Source: Octopus vulgaris (taxonomy: Eukaryota). From it: a stretch of 64,000 nt of DNA. Positions 38,718 to 51,600 of the stretch are shown piece after piece; the first letter of the stretch is position 1, and each line of letters opens with the position of its first letter. The position numbers were made by a program, and so were the translations under genes. Location of the stretch: assembly GCA_951406725.2 (NCBI GenBank), contig OX597817.1, positions 91,388,001-91,452,000 of the forward strand, read 5' to 3'. Below the pieces are notes generated by a model. That model was given only the letters and a program-made list of their open reading frames with translations. It was not told the origin of the DNA and did not search any database.

Positions 38718-41700
38718 CATCATCATCATCATCATCGTTTAACGTCCGTTTTCCATGCTAGCATGGGTTGGACGGTTCAACAGGGGTCTGGGAAGCCAGA
38801 AGGGTGCACCAGGCCCAGTCTGATCAGGCAGTGTTTCTACAGCTGGATGCCCTTCCTAACGCCAACCACTCCGTGAGTGTAGTGGGTGTTTTTTACGTGC
38901 CACCTGCACAGGTGCCGGACGAGGCTGGCAAATGGCCACGATCGGATGGTGCTTTTTACGTGACACCGGCACAGGGGCCAGACGATGCTGGCAAACGCCA
39001 CAATTGGATGGTGCTTTTTACGTGCTACCGGCATGGAGGCCAGTCGGGGTGGCACTGGCAACGGCCACGTTCAGATGGTTCCCTTATGTGCCACCGGCAC
39101 TGGTACCACAGCTACAATTTCCATCGATGGTGATCGATTTCGATTTTGATTTTCACTTGCCTCAACAGGTCTTCACAAGTAGGGTTTGTGTCACAAGAAG
39201 GAAAGGTATGCATAAGTGGGCTGGCTACGTCCCAGGTAGAGGCCATGGGTTATGGTCTCACTTGTCCTGCCGTGTCTTCCCACGCACAGCATACTTCCAA
39301 AGGACTCGGTCTCTGGTCATTTCCTCGGTGAGACCTAGAGTTTGAAGGTCGTGCTTCACCACCTCGTCCCAGGTTTTCCTGGGTCTACTTCTTCCACAGA
39401 TTCCCTCAACCGCTAGGGTGTGGCACTTTTTCACACAACTATCTACATCCATTCTCGCTACATGACCATACCAGCGCAGTCGTCTCTCTTGCACACCACA
39501 ACTGATGCTTCTTAGGTCCAACTTTTCTCTCAAGGTACTTACAATCTGTCGAGTATGAACACTGACATTACACATCCATCGGAGCATACTGGCTTCATTT
39601 CTTGCAAGCTTACGCATATCCTCAGCAGTCACGGCCCAAGTTTCACTGCCATGTAGCATGGCTGTTCATACACATGCGTCATACAGTCTGCCTTTTACTC
39701 TGATCGAGAGGCCTTTTGTCACCAGCAGAGGTAAGAGCTCTCTGAACTTTGCCCAGGCTATTCTTATTCTAGCAGTTACACTTTCAGCACACCCACCCCC
39801 GCTACTGACTTGGTCACCTAGGTAATGGAAGCTATCAACAATTTCTAGTTTTTCTCCTTGGAATGTGGCAGAAGTTGGTCTCTGAGCATTTTCAGTGTTT
39901 ATTGCTCCTGAGCATCTGCCACATACAAAAACTATCTTCCCAGTTAGCCTTCCTTTGACATTGCTGCACCTCTTATGTGTCTCTAGCTTACACTTGGTGC
40001 ATCTTATGGAGTTTCTACCTACGCCTTTTCTACAGATCGAGCAGGGCCATCTATCTGAAGGCATTTGTGATTTGCCTGCCTTCCTACATATTAGGACTTT
40101 GGTTTTAGCTAGGTTAATTTTAAGGCCCTTCGATTCTAATCCTTGCCTCCAGACTTGAAACTTTACCTCTAGTTCTGATAGTGACTCAGCAATTAGAGCA
40201 AGGTCATCAGCATAGAGGAGCTCCCAGGGGCATCCTGTCTTGAATTCCTCCGTTATTGCCTGGTGGACTATGATAAATAGGAGGGGGCTGAGGACTGAAC
40301 CTTGGTGGACCCCTACCTCTACCTTGAATTCTTTAGTGTACTCGTTGCCAACCCTCACCTTACTTACAGCGTCTCTGTACATGGCTTGCACAGCTCTCAC
40401 TAACCATTCATCTATCCCTAGTTTCCTCATTGACCACCAGATAAGGGATGGGGGGACCCTGTCAAAGGCTTTCTCCGTGTCAACGAAGGCCAGGTACAGA
40501 GGCTTATCTTTGGCTAGGTATTTCTCCTGCAGCTGTCTCACCAGAAATATGGCATCAGTGGTGCTTTTCCCTGGCACGAAACCAAACTGCATCTCATCCA
40601 AGCTGACTCTTTCCCTAATCAGTTGGGCTATGACCCTCTCTGTAACCTTCATTACCTGATCCAACAGCTTGATACCTCTGTAATTATTTGTATCTAAAAC
40701 GTCACCTTTACCTTTGTAGCAGTTGACTATTATGCTGCTACACCAGTCATTCGTGTATCACCTGGTTAACTATATGGGTGACTAGGCTATAGTCGACACT
40801 ACCAGATATTTTAAGCATCTCTGCAGTAATTCCTGATGGGCCTGGGGCTTTCCCTGTCTTCATGCTTCTAATTGCCTTAACTACTAAGGAACTGTCAACT
40901 CGGATAGCTGGTCCCTCTGTTGGGTCGACATTCGGCAGACTCTCTTTATCCCATTCATTTTCCTTATTTAGCAGCCTCTCATAATGGTGTCTCCAAACCT
41001 CTCTCTTTGCATCCTCATTCAACGTAAGTGAGCCATCATCCATGCGAACACATTTCTCTCCTACCACATCCTGATTCTCTCTTACACACTGTCTTGCAAC
41101 ACGGAATACCTCAAGTCTTTGGTCCTCACGGCACAGAACATTGGCAAATTTTTTCTTATCTGCTTCCCTTCTGGCTAAATAAACCTGTCTCCTAGCTTCT
41201 CTTTTGGTAGTCGGATACAATTCCCCGCTACCACCATTTTTCCAGTCCTTCCAAGCCTGTCTCTTATCTCTAATAGCTCTGTCTACAACATTGTTCCACC
41301 ACCACGTAATTTTGGGTCGAGAGGGGACTTTGCACCAGCCACAGATCTGGTCAGTGGCTGTCAGCAGATTGTCCCGTAGAAACCTCCAGTTGTCTTCTAC
41401 CCCATGTGAAGCTATATCCCCTTTTACTTCGTCAAAGGCTTCAAGTAATATGTCCCTAAGTCTCTGTCCATTCACAGGATCTTTAAGTACACTCTTCACC
41501 TGGGAAGGTTTTTGCCTTTATAAGCAGCCATCTTTCCCTTTTCCTGGCAAGGATGTAGTCAATTTGGCTGGCATGTCGGCCCGATCAGTAGGTGACTAGG
41601 TGGCTGGTAGGTTTCCTGAAGTTAGTGTTGCAAACCATAAGATTATTTGCATCGCAGAACTCCAGCAGCCTGGTTCCCTCCTCGTTGCGAGAACCATAAC

Positions 41701-42300
41701 CATAGCCTCCATGTACACCATGGAAGCCCCCAGCATGTCGTCCAACATGATCATTGAAGTCACCAGCCACAAAGAGAAGGTCTCTGTCGTTCGTCAACAA
41801 GGTAGTCTGCATTAGGGTGTCATAGAATCGGTCTTTCTGTCCATCGGGTAGCCCTGGCCGAGGGGCATAGGCCAATATAATGGTTGCTAATCCATGATGA
41901 AGCACTAATCTAATCTTAAGTATTCTGTCACTTACTCTGATTACTTCTATTACCTTATCTACCCATTTTTCAGCGAGAAGTATACCCACGCCCCCAACCT
42001 CGTCAGTGTTCCCTGCCCAGAAAATCTTGTACCTGTGTTCTTTGCCTGTGAGGAACCTAGCAGAACCTCCTCTCCACCTTACTTCTTGGATGCAGCACAT
42101 ATCAACACATCTACGTTCAAGCATTTCAACAATCTCACCAGACCTACCTTTCAGTGTGCCGACGTTGAGAGTGCCAACTCTGAAGGTGTGGGAGGTATGG
42201 GCCCTAGAGACCCTGGGGCGGGGGACAGTAGCGTCATGTGCCTGAAAAGAGAGCTCACATTTGGCAGAATTCATAAGCAAACAATGATCTTAATAAGTTC
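38718..42300 (-). mobile_element. Near full-length RTE LINE, PHD-in-RT family (5' region may extend to ~42860)
   Basis: APE 41585-42280; linker 40747-41499 (KAPGPSGI); RT 39666-40664 (QFGF, DTEKAFD, QGSVLSPLLF, YADD, PHD, FHYLG); C-terminus 39258-39659; tandem-repeat 3'UTR; tail ...gacgttaaacgatgatgatg. Confidence 0.93.
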
Positions 42301-42879
42301 AACCTGCATACACTAAACTATCATGTTTTGCACTGTATGATCACAACCTTATATAGTAGGGGTGGGGTTGGCATAAGGCCTTTAGGTGTTCATGGGAGAA
42401 AAGCAAAGGAAGATGAGATAGAGACTTCCGGTTCAGGTGGAGGGGGTGTGAGGGCGGGCGCACCACTGAGATCTGGTATCCATGGACTAGAGATTAAGAG
42501 ATGGAAAAGGCCTATAGATAGATAGGCATATAGTGTAGGAATTAGATAGACAGGGTGAAGGACGATAGATGAGCCAGTGGGTGGGTGGGGGATCAGAACA
42601 TGCGAGAGGGAGGGAGTGAGGGAGGGATGGTTCCTGGACTTGGAGAAAGACGAAATTAGAGACAAGGACTGTGAACGTGTGATAAGTTTTCATGAGTGAA
42701 TGAATATGTTGGAAATTAAAGAAATGCATGACCTGGGGTTAAGACGAAAGGACATCGACATTAAGATGGGAAAAACAGAAGAAAGTATTAAGGGTTTATG
42801 ATGATAGTACTCGCAAAAATACAATGAAAGAGATGACAGGTTGAAATTTAAAATATCACACCAGGGGTTACGTGTGTAA

Positions 42880-43100
42880 AAATTAGTTTCAAATTTTGGC
42901 ACAAGTCCAGCAATTTCGTGTGTGGTTGAGTTTAATTCGATTACATTGATCCCAGTACTCAACTGGAACTTATTTCATTGACCCTGAAAGGATGAAAGGT
43001 AAAGTTGACTTAGGTGGAATTTGAACTCAGAACGTAAAGATAGATAAAATACTGCTAAGCATTTTGTACGGCATGCTAATGATTCTGCCAGATCCCTGCC
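42880..43100 (-). mobile_element. Meta-like SINE
   Basis: ctggaacttatttcattgaccctgaaaggatgaaagg...atttgaactcagaacg...ttctgccag. Confidence 0.75.
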
Positions 43101-43299
43101 TTTGTGTGTATGCATGTTTATTTAATGGGTGACTAACACTGTCCACTGTGGTTCTAGCTTACTTTCTGCCTGCTATAAGTATGACTGGTGAATATTCTAC
43201 ATTAAGAAAAAAAAAAAAAATCTCATGAATGACTTTCAAACTATGAATATATCTTGCCAGGAATTTCCTATGATATTTTCACACCACACATTGAAAGTA

Positions 43300-44042
43300 T
43301 TGGGTCATCCCATATATAATGCAGTATTTTCAACTGCATGAACTAAATGTCGGAGGGGGATGGGATAAACTATCTGCATCAACTTGCTATAAAAGCAGGA
43401 GGTAATTTTACCTTGTCCTTATTCTCAGTACAAGATTTGAGGAATGCAGTTCGATTTTATTTTTTAATAGTTATTTTTTTCAAAGCTATAATGGAAGTGA
43501 CAAAGGAGCAAATTCGGAATATTTTACTTTATGAGTTCATTAAGGCAACATTACAAAAGAAAGTGCAAGAAATATTAATGCAGTATATGGAGATCAGACA
43601 ATAAGCATAAGCCAGTGTCAATGGTCATTTCAGAAATTCCAAGCCAGAAACTACAGTCTAGAAGATGAGCCTCATCCTAGAAGATCTGTGGAGCTCAACA
43701 AGGATGTTCTGCAAAACCCTAGTGGAACAAAACCCTATCATAACTGTTGGCGAGTTAGCAGAGAAACTTAGATTTAGTCATTTAATCATTCATTGACACC
43801 TGCATACCATCAGAAAATCAGCAAATTGGGTCAATTGGTTCCTCACAGACTTTCCAAGTCTAATTGCACACAGAGAGTGAATGTGAGCTCCTCTTTACTG
43901 TCACATCGCACGAATGAACCTTTTTTGGGCTAAATAGTGACTGGTGATGAGAAATGAGTTCTCTATAAAAATGTCAAGCATTAAAGACAGTGGGTAAGGA
44001 AAGGAGAAACACCAGCACCCCAGGCTAAAGAAGGACTTTACC
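43300..44042 (+). mobile_element. mariner transposon 5' half, truncated
   Basis: TA + TIR ttgggtcatcccata; MEVTKEQIRNILLYEF, SLEDEPHPRRS, WVPHRL, IVTGDEK; same family as 56923-58200. Confidence 0.85.
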
Positions 44043-44291
44043 CACATGTACATTGGGTTGAAACGCAAAAAAAAAGAATAAAAAATAAAAGAATATATAT
44101 ATATATATTCATTATACATACTACACATGTGTGTGTGTAAAAAATATATATACGCACATATATATACATACACATACACACACATATATACATATATATA
44201 TACACACACACATATATATACATAGATATATATTCATATATATATTTTATATATATATTTATATATGTACATATAATTATATATGAATGTA

Positions 44292-44324
<33 letters not shown>

Positions 44325-44349
44325 GTACATATAATTATATATGTGTATA

Positions 44350-44393
<44 letters not shown>

Positions 44394-44415
44394 TATAATA
44401 TGTATGTATGTATAT

Positions 44416-44459
<44 letters not shown>

Positions 44460-44655
44460 ATATATATTTTTTACACACACACACATGTGTAGTATGTATA
44501 ATGAATATATATACATTCACATACACACACATATATACATATATATATACACACACACATATATATACATAGATATATATTCATATATATATATTTATAT
44601 ATGTATATATATATGTGTATAAATATATGCACAAATAATTATATATGTATATATA

Positions 44656-44708
<53 letters not shown>

Positions 44709-44755
44709 ATATATATATTTTTTTACACACACACACACATGTGTAGTATGTATAA

Positions 44756-44802
<47 letters not shown>

Positions 44803-44849
44803 GTTTATATTTTATTCTTTTTTTTGTGTTTCAACCCAGTGTACATGTG
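44043..44849. repeat. Microsatellite-filled inverted-repeat structure
   Basis: cacatgtacattgggttgaaac...attcattatacatactacacatgtg on the left is the reverse complement of 44710-44849; an extra partial copy lies at ~44460-44510. Confidence 0.85.
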
Positions 44850-45691
44850 TATGTGCATATATATGTATGCAATAAAATGACGTATCTAACATGTGAAAAC
44901 TCAACAATAAATTCAAAATATATTGAATTAGTTCAAGATAAGTGTACGTGATCAGTGGAACGGAAATTGAAGTATCTCAAATGTTGGAAAGATTGTGTGC
45001 ATATGTGTGTGTATGTATATAATTGCCTGCATCTATTTACATTTATATATACGTATATTTGAATAGAAATATTTATTTTATATAAATATATGTGTATATG
45101 TTGCCTATTTATATATGTATATTTATATCTATATCTATATGTGCTTGTATGTGTGTATGAGTGTTTTGTGTGTAAGTGTATTCCTCATATGTCTCTCTAA
45201 TTATGCATCTCTCATTAAATGTAAGACTATAAAATTTTTAATAATTTATACACCAAATCACTTGTGTTCTAATGAAGTATTGCTCTGTTGGCAGGTATGA
45301 CTGTTGGGGGTTAGGTTGAGTAGATAGGAACAGTGGTGCCAACCTTCATGTACTGAGAGTCAAGGAAGGAGATTCTGACTCAATGTTTTGTATATATTTT
45401 GCTGGTTTTCCTTCACCTGCCAGCCAAAAGCCAATCAACCATTTCTTGTTCCTCTACCACCACACAAACTACCGAGCAAACACACACACACACACACATG
45501 CATACATATACACACATGCACATACAAAATCACAGGCATGACTTTGTGATTGTGGATTTCACTTCATTACCACACAGTTTGAAATCTTATCTCATTGTGT
45601 GGAACTTTGGTAAGCACCTTTTACTGTAACCAGTATGCCTGTGTGTGTATGTGTCTATGTTTATCAATCTATCAATCTGTCTGTCTGTATG

Positions 45692-45776
<85 letters not shown>

Positions 45777-45788
45777 ATATATATATAT

Positions 45789-47398
45789 CATCATCGTTTA
45801 ACATCCGTTCTCCATGCTAGCATGGGTTGGACGGTTTTTCCGGGGATCTGGGAAGCCAGAAGGCTGCACCAGGCTCCGGTCTTATCTGGCAATGTTTCTA
45901 CAGCTGGATGCCCTTCCTGACGCCAACCACTCCGTGAGTGTAGTGGGTGCTTTTTACATGCCACCTGCACTGGTGCCAGGCGAGGCTGGCATCAGCCACG
46001 GTCGGATTGGTGCATTTTACGTGTCACCTGCATGGAAGCCAGTCGAGGCGGCACTGGCTTCGGCCACAATTCGGATGGTGCTTTTTACGTGCCACCGACA
46101 CAGAAGCCAGTTGAGGCGGCGCTGGCATCGGCCACGATTCGGATAGTGCTTTTTACGCATCTCCAGTCCAGGGGTCCTGGCATCTGCCGGGTGCCAGTCA
46201 TAGGATTGGTTCAATTTCGATTCCGATTTCACTTGCCCCAACAGGTCTTCGCAAGCAAAGGGGGGTAGGCATAGGTGCCTGTCGTCGGATGAGGTTCGAT
46301 ATCGACTTTGCTTGCCTCAACAGGTCTTTGTGTGTCCAAGGAAGGAAAGGCATGCATAAGTGGGCTGGACTCACTTGTCCTGCCTGGTCTTTTCACGCAC
46401 AGCATATTTCTAATGGTCTCGGTCGCTGGTCATTTCCTCAGTGAGACCTAAAGTTCGAAGGTCGTGCTTCACCACCTCGTCCCAAGTTTTCCTGGGTCTA
46501 CCTCTTCCACGGGTTCCCTCCACTGTTAGGGATTGGCACTTTTTCACACACCTATCTTCATCCATTCTCGCCACATGACCATACCAGCGCAATCGTCTCT
46601 CTTGCACACCACAACTGATGCTCCTTAGGTCCAACATTTCTCTCAGGGTACTAACGCTCTGTCGAGCATGCACACTGACATTACACATCCATCGGAGCAT
46701 ACTGGCTTCATTTCTCGCGAGCTTACGCATGTCCACAGCAGTCACGGCCCATGTTTCACTGCCATGTAGCATGGCTGTTCGTACACATGCATCATACAGT
46801 CTGCCTATTACTCTGCGAGAGGCCTTTAGTCACCAGCAGAGGTAAAGAGCTCCCTAAACTTTGCCCAGGCTATTCTTACTCTAGCCGTTATACTTTCAGC
46901 ATACCCACTCCCACTACTGACTTGGTCACCAAGATAACGGAAGCTATCAACTACTTCTAGTTTTTCCCCCTGGAAAGTGATGGAAGTTGTTTTCTGCAGA
47001 TTTTCAGAGCATCTGCCACATACAAAAACCATCTTCCTAGTTAGCCTTCCTATGACATTGCTGCACCTCTTATGTGTCCATAGCTTACACTTGGTGCATC
47101 TTATAGAGTTTCTACCTACACCTTTTCTACAGATCGAGCAGGGCCATCTACCTAAAGGCGTTTGTGATTTGTCAACCTTCCTACTTGTTACGACTTTGGT
47201 TTTAGCTAGATTGACTCTACGGCCCTTCGATTCTAAACCTTGCTTCCACACCTGAAACTTCTTCTCCAGTTCTGATAGTGACTCAGCAATTAGAGCAAGG
47301 TCATCAGCATAGAGGAGCTCCCAGGGGCATCCTGTCTTGAATTCCTCCGTTATTGCCTGGAGGACTATGATAAATAGGAGGGGGCTGAGGACTGAGCC
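45789..47398 (-). mobile_element. 5'-truncated RTE LINE, PHD-in-RT family, inserted in (TA)n
   Basis: Begins at GSVLSPLLF; LLYADD; PHD 47009-47140; FRYLG; MLHGSETW; RWYGHV; tandem 3'UTR; (GAT)n tail. Confidence 0.92.
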
Positions 47399-47624
47399 GG
47401 ATATATATATATATATATATATATCTACCTACCTATCTGTCTAGTTATCTACTTACCTACCTACCTACCTTTCATCACGTTTTCACCACTGGATCTACAT
47501 AAGGAATTCTTTGGTATACGTTGGAAATATTTTAAATGATTGATATTGATGACTAATATAACTGGAAGTTTTAGCTAAATAAAGCTTCTAGTTCCACTCT
47601 GCCTTCTGTATCAGTCATTTGAAA

Positions 47625-47661
<37 letters not shown>

Positions 47662-48199
47662 ACTTCGTTTTTGTATCTGGTTTACAAGATTCTTTATGTG
47701 AATTTGTGCGCTGAAACAAATTTTGTTGCGTCAAGGAAGAGTCATAATGCCAATATTATTAACACACACTCAGAGCTATAGTAGGTGTCATGCAATGAGA
47801 CCGAAGCCAGCTCTGAGTGGTTGAGAAGTAAACTTCTTACCATACAGCTACACCTGTGCTTGTGCCTTTCTGTGTGTGTGTATGAGTGTGTGCATGCATG
47901 TTTGCTTGGGTCTGGATCTTTGTAAATGTTAACATTGCAAATCTTCTCACGAAACAATTTGTGTAAAAAATTAGAAATGCTACACTGACATTTCTCTGTT
48001 AAAAGATTATCCAAATTATTCCGTAGCTCTGTGCTTTCAAAAACGATTGGAATAAAAATTCCCTTACTAGAAAAACAGGTCAGAATTTGTAACAGTGGGG
48101 GAATTCCAACTGTAAAATAATTCCTAAAAACATAGGTCTTTGGTCAGCCTCTATGTTATACAAATAACGTTGATATAAAGAGCATGTGCATTTGACAGG

Positions 48200-49150
48200 A
48201 AGAGAGAGAGAGCGGGCGATTTCATTGGCTGGGAGTGCATCATTTTATTGAAAGGTCTGTGTAAAATTTCTTTGTCGCTTGCTTGCAGGAATTGTTCATT
48301 TTTTGTTGCGGTTTCCCGTAAGGGAAACATTGTTGAACTGTTATTGTATAAATTTCTTTGTGAAATTGTTGGCCTCCCACATGGAAGAAGGAATTGTTTA
48401 TTAATTACGAACTGTGTTCCTTAGGAACAAACCTTGATATCGATATTGTAACAATATTTTGTTTTAAAAAAAAGCGAAAATGTCTTCAGTTGAAGAAGTA
48501 AGAAACTTCACCTCCATTGTGGGAGGAAAGGAAAACAGGACTTTCAAGAAAGAAGAAATCCAAGCCTGTACGGCATGATCCACGAGGAAAATGATGAAAG
48601 CCGAATCACCCCCAGCGAGATTCTGAATCGAACGATGGAGAGTACAATTGTCTACAAAACTTATGACTGTGAAAAAAAAAAGATTCGAACACCTTGAAGA
48701 AAGCACTATAGAAAAGTGCCTCGGGCCAATGTTAGGTCAGATAAAATACCTGACCCAAGGTACCAAATTTGCAACTGTGGAAGCAATGTTTAAGTCGGCC
48801 AAGAGTGCAAAAGAATTATTGACTCAAACCTTGCAAAGTGGTAGCATTATATTGCTACCATTATATCTGGGATGTAGAGTGTCCCGGATTAAGATTAAAA
48901 ATATTCCGCCAGAGATAGAGATTGCGTGTATAATTACCACCCTTCTATACGGGAGAGAAGAAAAAATAAATATGATACAGATATCCAGAGATGCCTCACA
49001 AAACTGGAAAAGGCAAACTCTGGAGGTCTTGGCCTAAGCAATAACAACAGACCTGGAAAAATTACCAGAGAAGATATGTATCGGTGAAGACACCACATTG
49101 GCTGAGCATGTAGAGGGGAGGAAGCCCAGGTGTTTCAAATGTAGAAAAAT
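48200..49150 (+). mobile_element. Tx1/L1-like ORF1 remnant (RRM-like region plus partial zinc knuckle)
   Basis: LLPLYLGCRVSRIKIKNIPPEI...LEKLPEKICIG...VEGRKPRCFKC resembles L1/Tx1 ORF1; several stops. Confidence 0.55.
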
Positions 49151-51600
49151 GGTTATACTGAACAATAGCTATAAAGCTGAAGCTTTAATTGATAGTGGTA
49201 ACACTGACAAGAGCTTCATTAGTGAGAAGCTAGTGAACACACTCATATCAAGACGGTAAAATTGAAGAACATCATTGGTATGGCTTCTGCATCTCTTTCT
49301 GCGGAATACAAGGGATACTGCACTGTTTCACTAACCCTGAATAATCAGAAATACTACCATGTGAAACTGTACATGCTTAGAAACTTGCACACTGACCTAA
49401 TTCTGGGTACTGACTTCTAATAATGGCATGAAAGTATTACCATACTATATGGAGGACAGAGACCACCATTAACATTTACTGTGCTGACAGCTATGAAAAT
49501 TGATCCTCCAAAGCTATTCACTCATCTCAGAGAGGACTGTAAACCTATTGCAGCCAAAGCGTGAAAATACTCGGAACATGATCGAGAGTTCATCGGGACA
49601 GAAGTATGCTGCTTAGCAGATGCGAACATTATTAAACCTAGTAACTTCCCTTGGAGATTGCAAGTGTTAGTTGTTCAAGAAAAAAAAGGCGAAGAATGGT
49701 GATTGACAACTTAGAAAAGATTAACAAATATACACAGCTTGGTGCCTACCCACTTCCTAAAACTGATGAGTTAGTGAACACTATCGCCAAGTATAAAGTC
49801 TACAGTACTATAGACTTACATTCAGCATACCATCAGTGCCATTCAGAGTAACTAATGGTAGTGCATGTTTCCAACATATAATGGACGACTTCATGAGTAA
49901 ATATAAGCTGCAAGATATGTTCCCATTCATAGACAATTCAACCATATGTGGAAAAGATCAAAATGACCATGATAAAAATTTTGAAAATTTTGAAATGGCA
50001 GCAAAAAGTGAAGGGCTTACCATGAATAAAGACAAATGCACTTACTCAGCAACAACTCTTGACTTTCTTGGATACCATATCTCATACAATACCCTCAGCC
50101 CTGACCCAGAAAGGCTTGCTCCACTCCTCAATCTTCCTACACCAACTGACCAGAAATCATTAAAATGCATAGCCGATATGTTTTCTTATACTAAGTGGAT
50201 CTCCAAATTTTCTGACAAAATATATCCTCTAAATAACGTATTAAAATTTCCTCTAAACAGTCAACAAGTAAAAGCATTTGAGTCATTAAAGGTAGAACTA
50301 GCCAATGCTGCCATTCAAGTAATAGATGAGAACATTCCATTTACTGTTGAGACGGGTGCTTTGGATTTTGCCATATCTGCAACACTAAATCAAGATGGAA
50401 GACCAGTTGCATTCTATTCTCACATGCTGCAAGGTAGTGAACAGTACCACTCCTCAGTTGAAAAGGAAGCCCAAGCAATTATCGAATCAATTCATCGTTG
50501 GAGACACTTTCTTCTAGGTAGACATTTTACATTAATTACTGATCAACGTTCTGTTGCATTCATGTATAAAGTGACGAGCAAAATTAAAAATGATAAAATT
50601 ATGAGATGGCGCATTGCGTTATCTCATATGATATTCACTATCACCCAGCATCCAGCAACATCGCTCTGGATGCATTCACAAGGGTACACTGTTCAGCAAT
50701 TAGTTCACATTCACTTTATGAGTTACTTGCATCACTGTGCCATCCTGGTATAATACACCTTCATCATTTCGTCCGCAGTAGAAATCTTCCATATTTGTTA
50801 GAGAACATGAAGCAAATATGTAGGAATTGCTGAAACCACAATATTATAAACCAGACTCAGTTAACTTAGTTAAGGCCATGCAGCCCTTCGAGCGAATTTC
50901 CATCGATTTCAAAGGTCCAATTCCTTCCACGAAGCATCCTTATCTCCTACCAATAGTTGACGAATATTCTCAGTTTCCGTTTGGTTATCCAGCATCTGAC
51001 ACATCGGCTCAGACTGTAATAAAGTGTCTTACAGACTTGTTCTCAGTTTTTGGTATGCCCAGTTATGTACATTCAGACCAGGAAATGGCTTTCATGTATA
51101 CAAGATTGAGAGAATTGGCTCCTCAAGAAGGGCATTGCAACGAGTAGGATGACACTATACAATCCCACTGGGAAAGTCAAGTAGAAAGATATAATGGTAT
51201 TATTTGGAAGTCAGTACTACTCTCTTTGAAAACCTGTGCCCTTCTAGTATCTTCATGGGAAACGGTTCTTCTAGACGCATTGCATTCAATCAGATCCCTA
51301 CTTTGTACATCCACTTACACTACTCCTCATGAACGTCTTTTTAACTATCCAAGACATTCAGCAACAGAAACATCTATGCAAACATGGCTTCTTAACCCAG
51401 GACCTGTGCTTTTTCAAAGGAACAATTGTACTAACAAGTATGACCCTATTGTGGACCAAGTTGATTTAATCGAAGCCAATACTCAGACAGTCATGAAACC
51501 ACAGTATCCACAAAACAATTGACATCACCAGGGAAGATTAACCCAACTGGCAACTTAACCCAAACATTTGTCCCTCAAGAGCCAGACAGAGAACCAACTG
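49150..51600 (+). mobile_element. Gypsy LTR-retrotransposon pol remnant (PR-RT-RH-IN), no LTRs seen
   Basis: ALIDSG; YPLPKTDE...IDLHSAYHQ; MPFRVTNGSACFQ...FPFIDN; FTVETG..FAISATLNQDGRPVAF...EKEAQAI...LITDQRS; HPGI...CRNC; PFERISIDFKGP; VHSDQ; QVERYNG. Confidence 0.9.

Noticed and set aside
40240-40659. Antisense ORFs over LINE RT/APE regions (also 228-515, 59330-59671, 61145-61765)
   Set aside because: Shadow frames of the transposon coding strand.
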